This document shows positions 1 to 9,716 of a stretch of DNA of 27,435 bases, piece after piece (the first letter of the stretch is position 1; every line of letters begins with the position of its first letter). Origin of the DNA: a virus. The translations under genes were made by a program, and so were the position numbers. The notes under the pieces were generated by a model. It saw only the letters and a list, made by a program, of their open reading frames with translations, ran no database searches and was not told the origin of the DNA. The DNA is taken from UHGV virus genome UHGV-0266262. One strand, written 5' to 3'.

Positions 1-45
1 TAAATAAAAAACAATCAATCCTCTTATAAAAACATTTTTACTATA

Positions 46-86
46 CATCGCCATGTTGAACGATCAACTATCCAACATGGCGATGT
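46..86. repeat. 14-bp perfect inverted repeat (acatcgccatgttg / caacatggcgatgt) with 13-nt loop, downstream of the tailspike stop
   Basis: Read directly: 46-59 is the exact reverse complement of 73-86. Not followed by a canonical U-run on either strand. Confidence 0.5.
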
Positions 87-229
87 TCATACAGAGATAA
101 AACACTCGTATTAAAAGTAAAAAGTAGTCATCCCATATGGGATATAATTAAAACTATCAATAGCCATATCTTATCTAACAAATCAAGTTACAAACCATAT
201 TTTAACATATATGCGCCCCTGCCTGTGAA

Positions 230-2728
230 TTATAATTTGCATTCATTGTCAAAAAGTTTTTTTTCAATCGCTGCAAGACGTGACTCTATTTTTTCGATTC
301 TTCTACGCAAATAAGCAGACTCAAGCCATAAGCACTGGTCAGCACGGATACCCCACCTATTTCCGGCCTTGCGTACCAGAGTTCGCTCTTCTGTTTCGTA
401 TTCTTCTTCCTTCTCAATTTCGACACCATCCACAACTTCAGTAATCGTCCTGACCGCCATCACTGGCTCGTATTTATCATCCCATTCATCGTAACAGAGA
501 AGGCCAAACCGGGTCCCATCAATCCCATGAGCGAGGAAAGCATCTCGCACCTGTTGTGCTATGACACCAAAATGCCAGCGGGCACCATCTCCCTTTTCCC
601 TGATAGCCTCAAGCCAGCGAAAAGCTACGATCCTGATATCTCCCCATGCATCCAAAATTGCATCACCTTCATAACCAGGGGACATATTCAGACTGAGTTC
701 ACTCGTTGTTAGCGGGTCGCTTTTTTCCCTACCATCTGAGGTGTTTATTGAGCCTGAAACAGCATAAATCTGAGTTGGCCTGTTATCTGGTACACCAACA
801 CTGTAAGAATTATCCAGATAAGGATGCCAGTGACCATTTGGACTTACTTTCCATCTCCAGACATTATTACTTCCTAGATGTAAATCAGCCCCATTCGCAG
901 CCATTAATGCTACATTAGAGGTACTCATATACATCTGAAAATAACCAACGCCTTTTCTCTGCCATTCATAAAGCAAACCGGTTCCTTGCTCGTTGTTGAA
1001 CTTTAGTGCTTTTATAGGTGAGTTTTGTTCCCAGGTTGTATTATCTGAATAAATTACATGAGGAACCGCCTCTGGATTATCAGAGATACATATTTCTTTA
1101 GATGGTAGAGATAGCGTTCTTTTATCTCCTGCACCAAGCGCATAAATCAGAATGGTACGTCTGGTTGCCCCCATAACATCAGAATGTTCAGATACTATTG
1201 TTACCGATGGATAAAGAACGCCATCGTAATCAACAAAATGCATCCCTTCTGACTCGCGGAAGGTAGGGGTAGAGCCAATAATTCTAGGTAAATCCGTATC
1301 ACCCAAATTAGAAATGGCTTTCTGCACATCATTCCCCAACAGATCACAACTTGATAAATATTGAGTCTGCCCAAACTTAGTATTTCCACAATACATATAC
1401 AGATGTGCTCCATCAGAACAAAATCCATTAAGTGATGTTGTTTCATCACCACCGACTTGTGAAAGTTGAAGAGTAAACTCATGAGTACACAGGGCGGAAT
1501 AATCACCGGGTTTATCAAAAATATCAGTGGAAAATACACGAAACGTTTGCTTATTGTATTCGCCATTGTCGGTGAAACGGATAATCATCCATTTTCCGTC
1601 TAATGTAATAGTCGGAGTAGTTGAACTACCCGCTGTACGATTTCCTTCTACAACCCTAAACATTTCAGGAGAATCTATTTCCCCCTCGGAGTTGCTCCTC
1701 CAGGAAAATCTAACAACCCCATGTGAACCACCTACAGAAAAATCAAAGTCAGTATGGGCAGTAGAGCCTGCCGGTGTATCTGGTGCTGTAGTCCATAACT
1801 TAATCGTATTATCTATATTCTGTACCGCTATTCCCTGATGACCCAGCCTGTCCTCAGGAAGCATAAAATCAGAAGATGTATTTTTAATTTTTGAATCAGC
1901 AGAATATTTATTCCAGACAGAAACAGTAGTAGGGTTTCCATCTATTTCTGTATTGTGATTGGAATAATAAGCTCTGCTTACAGGATCATATGCAAAAGTT
2001 TGCAATGTTCTTATCTGTCCGCGACCATTAGCAATTGGTATAAACCGTATAGCGGCATTAGACTCATGTCCAATGGCATTAATGTCCCATGCAGGTCGCT
2101 TGCTTGTAACTAGTTCACCATTAACAGGAATGACTTTCCCTCCAACCAACCATTTCCCGTTAATATAGGTATTCCTGAAAAACGTTCTGGAGGTAAAATA
2201 AGTTTTACCTCGCATATCAACAACCATAGACGTAACATAATCTTCCAGTTGTTCAAATGCCTGTGTATCATCCGCAATGCCATCACCTTTTGCTCCCCAG
2301 CCACGTGGATCTGTTTCATCACGCCATCGTGCAATCTGCAATTCGGAATATTTTTTAGCACCATCCGGGTCTTCTAATTGCTGCCGTAGCTGATCCGGGT
2401 CATACTTCAGTACGTTAGGAAAATAGAACTGCTGCGCTCCATACGCATCATAAACAGCCATAGAATGACCTTGCACAGTTACGAACTTGGAAATCTGTCC
2501 GTTGTATACCGGGTATCCAGCAGCATTGATAACGATTGGCTGTGGCACCTGAACATAAGTACCATCTTCTCGTTCCAGATATACTGGAATCTGGTTTTCT
2601 GGATTTAGCGGATCTGTGTCAATCTTACCGATATAAATTTTTCCATTTGCTACGGTTTTAAAAGAACTAGCCATTGTGAAGAGTTGCGACGGCATACCTA
2701 TCACAACATTTGGAGTTATATTAGGCAT
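230..2728 (-). CDS. Tailspike protein: P22-like N-terminal head-binding domain, divergent central receptor-binding domain, C-terminal intramolecular chaperone (peptidase S74-like) domain
   Basis: ORF 230..2821; first ~120 aa after MPNITPNVV closely resemble my recollection of the P22/Sf6 tailspike N-terminus ([22 protein letters not shown] ... [13 protein letters not shown] ... NVLKYDPDQ). C-terminal ~160 aa carries the S74 chaperone pattern (FRW ... HFGVIAQQV ... YDEW ... [21 protein letters not shown]) preceded by TSDGREK (Ser..Lys spacing). Start set at ATG 2728 (AGGA 9 nt upstream); ATG 2737 or 2821 are possible alternatives. Confidence 0.85.
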   Translation of the reverse strand: MPNITPNVVIGMPSQLFTMASSFKTVANGKIYIGKIDTDPLNPENQIPVYLEREDGTYVQVPQPIVINAAGYPVYNGQISKFVTVQGHSMAVYDAYGAQQFYFPNVLKYDPDQLRQQLEDPDGAKKYSELQIARWRDETDPRGWGAKGDGIADDTQAFEQLEDYVTSMVVDMRGKTYFTSRTFFRNTYINGKWLVGGKVIPVNGELVTSKRPAWDINAIGHESNAAIRFIPIANGRGQIRTLQTFAYDPVSRAYYSNHNTEIDGNPTTVSVWNKYSADSKIKNTSSDFMLPEDRLGHQGIAVQNIDNTIKLWTTAPDTPAGSTAHTDFDFSVGGSHGVVRFSWRSNSEGEIDSPEMFRVVEGNRTAGSSTTPTITLDGKWMIIRFTDNGEYNKQTFRVFSTDIFDKPGDYSALCTHEFTLQLSQVGGDETTSLNGFCSDGAHLYMYCGNTKFGQTQYLSSCDLLGNDVQKAISNLGDTDLPRIIGSTPTFRESEGMHFVDYDGVLYPSVTIVSEHSDVMGATRRTILIYALGAGDKRTLSLPSKEICISDNPEAVPHVIYSDNTTWEQNSPIKALKFNNEQGTGLLYEWQRKGVGYFQMYMSTSNVALMAANGADLHLGSNNVWRWKVSPNGHWHPYLDNSYSVGVPDNRPTQIYAVSGSINTSDGREKSDPLTTSELSLNMSPGYEGDAILDAWGDIRIVAFRWLEAIREKGDGARWHFGVIAQQVRDAFLAHGIDGTRFGLLCYDEWDDKYEPVMAVRTITEVVDGVEIEKEEEYETEERTLVRKAGNRWGIRADQCLWLESAYLRRRIEKIESRLAAIEKKLFDNECKL

Positions 2729-3068
2729 ATTAGTCATCCTGTTTGAAGATTTAGATATTGAAGAAAACGGAATGACTGCAGACAAAGATGCAATTGTTTT
2801 GAAAAATAACCTTCTATTCATTTAAAAACCATGCAACATGAACAAAACGATTATTTTACAATACTCAAGAATCTTGATCAACAGGCATATTATTTATGCG
2901 CTTAATGCGTCACTTACAAAAATAAAAACAAGTACTACCTTTATTCCTATCGTCCATGATTTTTATTTTCAAACATTATTAAATAACAATTCCTATTTAT
3001 AATATCTGTCATTTAATTTGCTCCAAATACAAGGAATCGCCGCAGTGATTCATTATCAATCAAAAAAT

Positions 3069-3085
3069 ACGACCACCGTGGTATT
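3069..3085. promoter_or_regulatory. Candidate Mnt operator (ACCAC-c-GTGGT palindrome) in the mnt / tailspike divergent control region
   Basis: Palindrome ACCACcGTGGT at 3072-3082, about 65 bp upstream of the mnt start, in a 326-bp AT-rich intergenic region. Resembles the CCACGGTGG core I recall for the P22 mnt operator (recollection, not verified). Confidence 0.4.
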
Positions 3086-3147
3086 ATTGAGGATGCAACC
3101 AGCAGATAATAAGATGCCGATCCACTCACAAGAGCGAGGCATCAAGA

Positions 3148-3399
3148 ATGGGAAGAGATGACCCGCAATTTAATCTGCGGCTACCTTACGAATTAAAGGA
3201 AAAACTAAAACAGCGAGCCAAATCCAATGGCTGCTCTCTTAATTCAGAATTAGTTCAGATAGTGACTGATGCTGTATCAAGGCCATCCAAAATTTCAGGC
3301 TATCGAGACGATGCAGAACGCATCGCTGATGAGCAGTCCGAACTTGTTAAGAAGATGGTGTTTGATACGCTGAAGGATTTGTACAAAAAAACCACCTGA
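3148..3399 (+). CDS. mnt: Mnt repressor (ribbon-helix-helix, Arc/Mnt family)
   Basis: 83 aa; near-identical over the C-terminal half to P22 Mnt as I recall it (GYRDDAERIADEQSELVKKMVFDTLKDLYKKTT) and similar at the N-terminus (MGRDDPQFNLRLPYELKEKLKQRA). GAGG 8 nt upstream of ATG. Confidence 0.9.
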   Translation: MGRDDPQFNLRLPYELKEKLKQRAKSNGCSLNSELVQIVTDAVSRPSKISGYRDDAERIADEQSELVKKMVFDTLKDLYKKTT

Positions 3400-3498
3400 C
3401 GGTGGGTTAATTTTTGCATTTACTTGGGCCATATTGACTACTTATAAAATGAGATCAATATTTAATCGCCCAATAACGGGTGTATGTTGAGGTATATC

Positions 3499-3678
3499 AT
3501 GGCGAAAAAACCAGGTGAAAACACAGGAAAAAACGGCGGAATATACCAAGAAGTTGGCCCACGCGGCGGTAAGAAAGACAATTTTGCCACCGTCAAGGAC
3601 AACGAAAGGCTTCCACCAACAACAAAGCCAGGTCATGTCTGGGTATTGGATAAGCGAACTCCAGACAGCAAAAAGTAA
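3499..3678 (+). CDS. Small conserved hypothetical protein (59 aa), YjzC-like motif; possibly the counterpart of the small ORF between sieA and mnt in P22
   Basis: ATG 3499 with GAGGT 6 nt upstream. Sequence MAKKPGENTGKNGGIYQEVGPRGGKKDNFATVKDNERLPPTTKPGHVWVL has the KPGE..G.Y.E.GP.G pattern of the YjzC-like small-protein family (recollection). Confidence 0.6.
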   Translation: MAKKPGENTGKNGGIYQEVGPRGGKKDNFATVKDNERLPPTTKPGHVWVLDKRTPDSKK

Positions 3679-3683
3679 TAATC

Positions 3684-3705
3684 AAGCCGGTCACTCCGGC
3701 TTTTT
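3684..3705 (+). terminator. Rho-independent terminator for the mnt / 59-aa transcript (possibly bidirectional)
   Basis: AGCCGG-tcact-CCGGCT stem-loop followed by TTTTT on the plus strand; overlaps the last codons of the convergent minus-strand gene. Confidence 0.55.
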
Positions 3706-4056
3706 GATATGTCGCTCGCAGAACTCAACAAGCCTGCTCATTAAGTAGCAGTAAGTCTCGTTGGCTCTTCCTGGTTCAACATCAACACCTACCCTTGAGC
3801 AGATATCGAATGCCATGTGAGCGCACTCATGGGCAATAGTAGATAGTTTGCCATTGAACACGCCTATCACATGCAAAACACCATTCTCGCTACTCATTGT
3901 ATGAGACGCTCCGTTGGCGTCCGAGTCATGCACGTCAACGCCAAGTTTTTGATGCAGGCGTTGCCATTCTGGAAAGTCTCTACAAAACACAATTGTACCG
4001 CTCTCAAAGAGCGGAACGAGCATCTTTGGTACGTTTCCAATGTTAACTTTTTTCAT
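3691..4056 (-). CDS. Hypothetical protein with HExxH motif (possible small zinc metallopeptidase-like protein)
   Basis: 121-aa ORF; motif [14 protein letters not shown] 5 nt upstream of ATG 4056. No family assignment possible from memory. Confidence 0.5.
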   Translation of the reverse strand: MKKVNIGNVPKMLVPLFESGTIVFCRDFPEWQRLHQKLGVDVHDSDANGASHTMSSENGVLHVIGVFNGKLSTIAHECAHMAFDICSRVGVDVEPGRANETYCYLMSRLVEFCERHIKKPE

Positions 4057-4086
4057 GGTATCCTGCGCAAAACTAAGGAGGTTGGT

Positions 4087-4581
4087 GTGTCTGATTCTAT
4101 GAGTTACGCTGTGCTAGTTGCCGCAACTCTATTTCTGGGGATAGGGTTGCAGATTGCGTGGTTCTTTTTTTCTAGTTTTATTAAACGTAAAAGAATTGAA
4201 TCAAGGATATCTGAGATTTCTATTGCTATAGGGAAAAATGCTGAAAATCCAGAGAATGAGGCCTGCGCACTGAATTACCTTAAAGAAAAGTTTTCCCCTG
4301 AAAAATTTGAAAACAGAATTACTGATGCTCTTGGATTGGTAATATCAGTAATTCATATGCCACTAAGTTTGCTGATAACAGTGTGGTACTTCGCCATGAT
4401 CGCCGGAAGAATATTTGGTTTCATGAATATAGAGCCTGTAGTTCTTTGGGTTCCAATGATACTGCAATTGTTGTTAAGCTTTGCTATCTTTATTTTTTCT
4501 GTTTTTATAAAAATTGTCTTCGGAAGATACCCCGGAGAAGCGAAGGGATTTAATAAAGAATTCATAAAAACTATAAAATAA
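4087..4581 (+). CDS. AT-rich polytopic inner-membrane protein; candidate superinfection-exclusion protein by position (P22 sieA locus)
   Basis: Three predicted TM helices ([76 protein letters not shown]). Strong SD AAGGAGG 4075-4081 with GTG 4087 (ATG 4099 alternative). Markedly lower GC than flanking genes; opposite strand to the late operon. Confidence 0.55.
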   Translation: MSDSMSYAVLVAATLFLGIGLQIAWFFFSSFIKRKRIESRISEISIAIGKNAENPENEACALNYLKEKFSPEKFENRITDALGLVISVIHMPLSLLITVWYFAMIAGRIFGFMNIEPVVLWVPMILQLLLSFAIFIFSVFIKIVFGRYPGEAKGFNKEFIKTIK

Positions 4582-4603
4582 ATGCCGTCCTTGGCTTACA
4601 GTG

Positions 4604-6445
4604 CTACTGCCGGGTAGCTTCGTTAACTAAGAGCGGGCGCACGGCAGTAGCCGCCTGATTTAGCGCTCTTTCATAAGCTGGCGTTCCAGCTTTAGTGTTT
4701 GCCAGACGTAAGAGCGCATTCCTTGCTGCTTTGGATTCATACAAGCGCATCATTGCACCGAAACCAGCCTCAAGCCCCATTGATACGCCAAGAGTCGTAG
4801 TTGCGCCAATCGTCCTTATCCTGTTGGCTTGCGATTGCCCCGTCTGAGTTACTACATTTGCGGTGTCTGATCTTGCTGTTTGCTGTAGAACTTCATGAAG
4901 AGCATCAAGTTCTTTCATGTGCTTTCCAGAAAAAATAGTGTTGTAAATTTCACCGCCTGACTGAGATTTCAGCTTATTAACTTCCGTGATGAACTTGGCT
5001 GGAGAGTCACCGGCCTTTTCCGCTATTTTGCTGACGTAAGCTGCACGCATAGCATCTTTCCCTTTATCATCCAATGCGCTCCAGATTCGTTTCACGTCAG
5101 ATGGTTTTCTGCTTAATACAACAGTATTTATAAGTTCAGGACTGGCTTCACTGCTTGCCTTGTTGAGCTTGTTAGCAATGTTTTTATTAAGCACCTTATT
5201 ATAAACGTTTGCATAATCGGAATTTGCTTTAAGGTATTTTGCTGCGTCTGATGCACCGAGGTTTTTTGCAACTGCGTTACGAAGGTCTTTTGACATTGCA
5301 TTCTCTACCATATTGGTAGCTGCTTTTGCCTGGTTGGGGAAGACCATAGCATCCCCCTGAACATTAGATCTAAATGCTGTTCTGTGCTGACGTAGGAGAT
5401 CAAACGTAACATCCAAATCAGTTGCAGGGTTTGCTAATTCTTCACGTAGGTTACGCAAGGATGTAAGCAGGCTTTGATTGGCAGACGTCCCAAGCCGTTC
5501 CTGTCTTGCGATCGCTGTATTCAGAGCATTCATGGTATTTGTGGTATCAACTGCGGCATTACCCATTTTATTGGTGACGTCATTGATAACAGCGCCAGCG
5601 GCCTCCTTCCGTCCCCTTAACGTGGTGGTCAGAGATTTCACCACATCATCAGGGTTGTACTCACCAAAACGGTCAAAATAATTGCTTACCAGCTTACTAC
5701 GCGTTGCATATTGCTCCGCTCGCTTTGAGCCTGTCCCGAGCAAAGCCCCCTCAGCATCCTGAGTAAGTCCGCGAGTGAAAGCATTTTTCGGCGGGATAAC
5801 ATCAGATGTCATTGGTGTCACGCCCATCGATTCTGAGGTGGCAATTTTTTTCGCTACTTCTGGCGCGATATCGCCTTTTATAGCAGTTATTCCACGCCCT
5901 ATTCCCTTTGCTGCTGCGGAAAGAACACCCTGAGCGGCAAGGTTAACTCCGGCGTTTATGGCTGCATTTTGCGCGAAATCGCCTTTCTGGTTCGCGGCTT
6001 CTGCCAGTGATCCAATAGCCATGCTTCCTGCCGTTCCAACTCCTGGAACTAAATACCCGCCAATTGTTTCTCCAGCTTGAGCGTAGGGGTCTGTCGGTCG
6101 ATCGACTGGACGATAGACATCATCCAAAACCTTGGGGCCACCAAGCCCCTGACTGATTGCATTAATCAGACTTGCGCCGCCCTGTAATACGTCAAATGGT
6201 ATGTTTACCAGACCACGACCAGCCTGTTCTGCAATTTGCCCTGCACTTTGACCACCAGTGAGCCAATCGCCAGCTTGTTGCATCAATGATGGTTCTTCCC
6301 GTGTTGGTGCATTATTGGCCTGATTAACTATTTGTTGCTGAACAGCCTGACCAGCAAAATACTCATCAATGGCGGTGCCAATATCTTCGGTGCTCGTACC
6401 ATCAGGAAAGGTAAATGTCTTACCGTTTGCAGTTACTTTCATCAT
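4604..6445 (-). CDS. Ejection (DNA-transfer) protein, P22 gp16-like
   Basis: 613 aa (P22 gp16 about 609 aa); last of three consecutive ejection-protein genes in P22 gene order; ATGA overlap with the upstream gene. Confidence 0.75.
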   Translation of the reverse strand: MMKVTANGKTFTFPDGTSTEDIGTAIDEYFAGQAVQQQIVNQANNAPTREEPSLMQQAGDWLTGGQSAGQIAEQAGRGLVNIPFDVLQGGASLINAISQGLGGPKVLDDVYRPVDRPTDPYAQAGETIGGYLVPGVGTAGSMAIGSLAEAANQKGDFAQNAAINAGVNLAAQGVLSAAAKGIGRGITAIKGDIAPEVAKKIATSESMGVTPMTSDVIPPKNAFTRGLTQDAEGALLGTGSKRAEQYATRSKLVSNYFDRFGEYNPDDVVKSLTTTLRGRKEAAGAVINDVTNKMGNAAVDTTNTMNALNTAIARQERLGTSANQSLLTSLRNLREELANPATDLDVTFDLLRQHRTAFRSNVQGDAMVFPNQAKAATNMVENAMSKDLRNAVAKNLGASDAAKYLKANSDYANVYNKVLNKNIANKLNKASSEASPELINTVVLSRKPSDVKRIWSALDDKGKDAMRAAYVSKIAEKAGDSPAKFITEVNKLKSQSGGEIYNTIFSGKHMKELDALHEVLQQTARSDTANVVTQTGQSQANRIRTIGATTTLGVSMGLEAGFGAMMRLYESKAARNALLRLANTKAGTPAYERALNQAATAVRPLLVNEATRQ

Positions 6446-7854
6446 TCCACCGTAAATTGAATGCCTGATTTTGACGTGTAGCTACCTCCTGCTGATTGCT
6501 GAGTAGGCGGCTGTTGCATTGATGATTTCTTCCCTCCATTACCGACATTAACGTTATATTGCTGGTTGTAATTGTCGGTATATTGCTGAATGTCGCGCAT
6601 TGATTGTTGCAGTGCTTCAGGGCTTGAGAAATCAACCTGTGGCATACCTTGAAAATACATCTTTGCTTCTGCAACGGTGTTGATACCGGATGCCCCCATG
6701 TCTCTGGCTGCTGCAATGCCCTGATTCTGCATCTTTCCTTGGATTCGCTGTGCAGCGTTGTATAGTTTCCTCTGATCACCACCAGATGCACGGCTACGAA
6801 TATCTGCACCAAGAGCAGGAGAACCTGAAAAGCCTGTAATGCCAGTCATGAAGCCAAGATCGTCAATTGATGCACCAGAAATTGCATCAAGATCTTTCTT
6901 CATTGCGTAATTCTGCGCGCTTGCTGCCGACGTGGCCGGAGCAGCAATAGAGCCAGCAGGAACGCGAACCATGTTCCCCTCATTGTCTATACCTTCGTAG
7001 AACGCGTTAGCACCAGCACCATGAAGTTTCCCGCCTACGGTTACAGTTCTTCCGTCTGCTAGTTGAACTGTGCGCTCATTATTCCCAACCGCCCCTTTCA
7101 TTGATGCTCTCTGCATCGCTAAATCCTGACCGCGTCGCGTAGTAGAAGCAGATAAGTCCTGACCGCGCATCGTGATGTTCTGGCCTCGTGCTGTTAGCGC
7201 CTCGCCAGCCTGATTGCTGCGGATTGTCTCTGCCAGCCTGCCTCGGTCAATCTCACGACCAGCTATCTTGTCCTGAACAGCAAACGCCTTTTCTGGCCCA
7301 AGTGCACCGAGAGACATAGTAGTCAGCATGTGTGATAGCTGCTCGGGATTCTGGATACCTGTCTGAATCATCCAGTCAGCATTAGCACCCACGCGATTTA
7401 ACCTGTCCTTGTTGTCAGTAATGAATTTACTGTAGGCTTCCGGTCCCTGAGAAAGAGCGACGTTAGCCCTCATGGCTAAATCGCCCATATCGTTGCGTTG
7501 CTGCTCATTAAGACCGGAAAACGCCTGTTGTGCCTGTGCAACAAACGCTGGATTTTCCTGGGCAAACTTAAATAGTCCCGATGGATCACCAGAAGCCCAT
7601 GCATCAGCGTGAACCTTATTGAACGCACTAATAGCTTTCTGTTGCTGTTCCTGCTTATAAATATCAGCAACTCCAGCCAGACCACGTAACGCGGTCAGAC
7701 CAACGTTATTTGCACCTGATCGAGCCAGTTCATTGTTTTCGCGGATCAGACCAAGCGTTGCGTTAATGTCGCTTGCCTTTGGCGCATTCTCGTTTTGCGC
7801 ACCAATGCCAGCCAGAAAACCACCAGAATTAATACCCTGTTGCCACGTAGCCAT
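6442..7854 (-). CDS. Ejection protein, P22 gp20-like
   Basis: 470 aa (P22 gp20 about 471 aa); Gly/Ala/Gln-rich; position between the gp7-like and gp16-like genes. Confidence 0.75.
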   Translation of the reverse strand: MATWQQGINSGGFLAGIGAQNENAPKASDINATLGLIRENNELARSGANNVGLTALRGLAGVADIYKQEQQQKAISAFNKVHADAWASGDPSGLFKFAQENPAFVAQAQQAFSGLNEQQRNDMGDLAMRANVALSQGPEAYSKFITDNKDRLNRVGANADWMIQTGIQNPEQLSHMLTTMSLGALGPEKAFAVQDKIAGREIDRGRLAETIRSNQAGEALTARGQNITMRGQDLSASTTRRGQDLAMQRASMKGAVGNNERTVQLADGRTVTVGGKLHGAGANAFYEGIDNEGNMVRVPAGSIAAPATSAASAQNYAMKKDLDAISGASIDDLGFMTGITGFSGSPALGADIRSRASGGDQRKLYNAAQRIQGKMQNQGIAAARDMGASGINTVAEAKMYFQGMPQVDFSSPEALQQSMRDIQQYTDNYNQQYNVNVGNGGKKSSMQQPPTQQSAGGSYTSKSGIQFTVE

Positions 7855-7864
7855 TGATTACCCC

Positions 7865-8557
7865 TTAAAACAACGAGCCAAGCAGACCAAGACCAGCACC
7901 GATACCAGCACCCCACGGAGTTGATAGCTCGAGAGCACTGGCTATGCCACCACCCAAAAGCGCACCGGATGCAGCACCACTAACCCCCTGCTGCAATGCT
8001 GACGGTCGGTTGGCGTTTGCCGCAGCCAGCGCCGCGCTTTGCTGTGAAATCTGACTCATGTTGTTGGCATATGTTTGCCCGGCGTTTGCCTGCCCCTGAA
8101 GAGCGCCAAGACCGATATTTGCCAGGTTGTTGTAATTGTTCATTTGTCCAGATAGCCATTGCTGACCAAGCGTTGGTGCGATTGTTGCTAACTGATTACT
8201 GGTTGCGGTGGAACCCAATCCACCTGTTGCTTCCGCTGCCGCCAGACTCTGATAGCGAGCCTGACCTGCAAGGTCTTTATACTGCTGAGAGTTGTAATAC
8301 TGGTTAAGTGCCTGACCTTGCCCCTCCAGAGACGATAAGTTCTCGAGGCTGCCGACATACTTCTCAGCCAGAGGAGTAAACGGCTTCAGGTTATTCATGA
8401 TGGTGTTGAACTGCTGATTTTGCAGGTCTGCGGCATACTTCTGAGCTTCTGCTGCATACTTTGCGCTTTTATCAGAACTGCCACCTTTCCCACCTTTTTC
8501 AGGGCAATAAGGTTCCTCGCCACGCAGTTTTCTGCCCAGCTTAAATGCATATAACAT
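7865..8557 (-). CDS. Ejection protein, P22 gp7-like
   Basis: 230 aa (P22 gp7 229 aa); Gln/Ala-rich with Gly-rich hydrophobic C-terminus; conserved position. Confidence 0.7.
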   Translation of the reverse strand: MLYAFKLGRKLRGEEPYCPEKGGKGGSSDKSAKYAAEAQKYAADLQNQQFNTIMNNLKPFTPLAEKYVGSLENLSSLEGQGQALNQYYNSQQYKDLAGQARYQSLAAAEATGGLGSTATSNQLATIAPTLGQQWLSGQMNNYNNLANIGLGALQGQANAGQTYANNMSQISQQSAALAAANANRPSALQQGVSGAASGALLGGGIASALELSTPWGAGIGAGLGLLGSLF

Positions 8558-8559
8558 GG

Positions 8560-9015
8560 CTATCTCCTGTGATTCAGGAAGTCGATTAGTTCTTCGCGTG
8601 TGGCGCTGTAAAACGTCACGTCATCCACGCCTTTGAAGTATTTCTTGATGGTTCCTACACGATTAAGGCCAATCATTGCGCAGTACATCTGCCCGTGGCG
8701 GAATTTGCGTGCAGCGAACGATGTGACACACTGAACAGTGGTGTTAGTCAGAATGTATCGCCAGAACGCCAGCCCGATTTCCTTGCTGAATCCACGAACC
8801 TCTGGCAGGTACATGGCGTGGCAATCGAATGTCAGCGGCTGAATCTCCTGATAGTAAACAATGCCGCCAAACTGACCGTGCACGTTCACCTCAAAGTAAC
8901 GGCAATCAGGTTTGTAGTCGTATCCATCACCGTTGTTGCTCCCGGCGATGATGTCAGGGTGATTTCCTACTGCTTCGATCAGGTCGATGTTTCGCGTTGG
9001 TTTGAATGTAATCAT
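8560..9015 (-). CDS. P22 gp14-like virion protein
   Basis: 151-aa ORF immediately downstream of the tail-needle gene, as in P22/Sf6 gene order. Confidence 0.6.
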   Translation of the reverse strand: MITFKPTRNIDLIEAVGNHPDIIAGSNNGDGYDYKPDCRYFEVNVHGQFGGIVYYQEIQPLTFDCHAMYLPEVRGFSKEIGLAFWRYILTNTTVQCVTSFAARKFRHGQMYCAMIGLNRVGTIKKYFKGVDDVTFYSATREELIDFLNHRR

Positions 9016-9716
9016 CAGTCAATCAGCCCATGTAATCTAAGTGCCGTTTCAAGCGCCAGAATACGCTGCCGCGCCTGCTGCAAACCTGTAGCGAGAGCGG
9101 CGACTTCGGATTGCGTGTACGTAGTGCCGACAGTGTATGACTGGTTAGCGTTGAATGAGCCAAGAAGTGGCGTACCTGTGGCTGCAGTCCATCCGGTATT
9201 TCTTGCTCCAACAACCTGAATTCCATCAACTGAATATGATGTTTTTACATCCAGCGGTGACTCAAGAGACTGCAATTCGGTTACGGTTTTCGATACGTAA
9301 TCACTCTTAATGCCAGAGACATCGTTTTCTACGTCATCCAGTCTTTGGTCAACAGTGACCAGATGCGCCTGAATATCGATAACCTCATCCAGCAAGTAAT
9401 CAACATCGCTACGCAGTACGACTATCTTCCCTTCGGCAGTTGTTAACCTGACCTCAAGTAGATTTATCGCTTTTGTGCTTGCGGTGATTCTTGCGTCGTG
9501 ATCAGCCAGTTCGACGTCCTGTTCATCGTTTTTCACCTGAGCATCGTAAGCGCCCTGACCAGCCTGATTTGCCTTCCCGGCAATTGCGCCGACATCAGCC
9601 CCCTGATTAATGACATACAGCAGGTAAGACTGGCTGAATATATTGCGTGGAAGGATTGATGTATCGAGCCGCGTCGCCTGCACAATAACAGGGGTGTTGA
9701 GATTCGAATCAGCCAT
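9015..9716 (-). CDS. Tail needle protein (P22 gp26-like)
   Basis: 233 aa from [73 protein letters not shown], matching the P22 gp26 N-terminus as recalled; coiled-coil middle. TAATG overlap with the gp10-like stop at 9716. Confidence 0.85.
   Translation of the reverse strand: MADSNLNTPVIVQATRLDTSILPRNIFSQSYLLYVINQGADVGAIAGKANQAGQGAYDAQVKNDEQDVELADHDARITASTKAINLLEVRLTTAEGKIVVLRSDVDYLLDEVIDIQAHLVTVDQRLDDVENDVSGIKSDYVSKTVTELQSLESPLDVKTSYSVDGIQVVGARNTGWTAATGTPLLGSFNANQSYTVGTTYTQSEVAALATGLQQARQRILALETALRLHGLID

Noticed and set aside
1-229. Partial tRNA gene marking attR next to the tailspike
   Set aside because: No GGTTCGA..CCA-type tRNA 3' fragment on either strand in this stretch, so an att core cannot be called from this window.
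230-2821. N-terminal extension [28 protein letters not shown] on the tailspike ORF (signal-peptide-like)
   Set aside because: P22-family tailspikes start at MTDI.../MPNI... and are not secreted; the extension lacks an RBS and runs through the AT-rich upstream region, so it is most likely out-of-gene read-through.
3871-4098. N-terminal 76 codons of the 236-aa plus-strand ORF 3871..4581
   Set aside because: This segment overlaps the minus-strand HExxH gene and has a non-protein-like translation; the strong SD and first TM helix argue that the real gene starts at 4087/4099.
6420-6812. 130-aa minus-strand ORF overlapping the gp20-like gene in another frame, and similar overlapping ORFs (7476..7685, 9023..9229, 10501..10710)
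   Set aside because: Out-of-frame overlaps within long, well-supported genes; no independent evidence.
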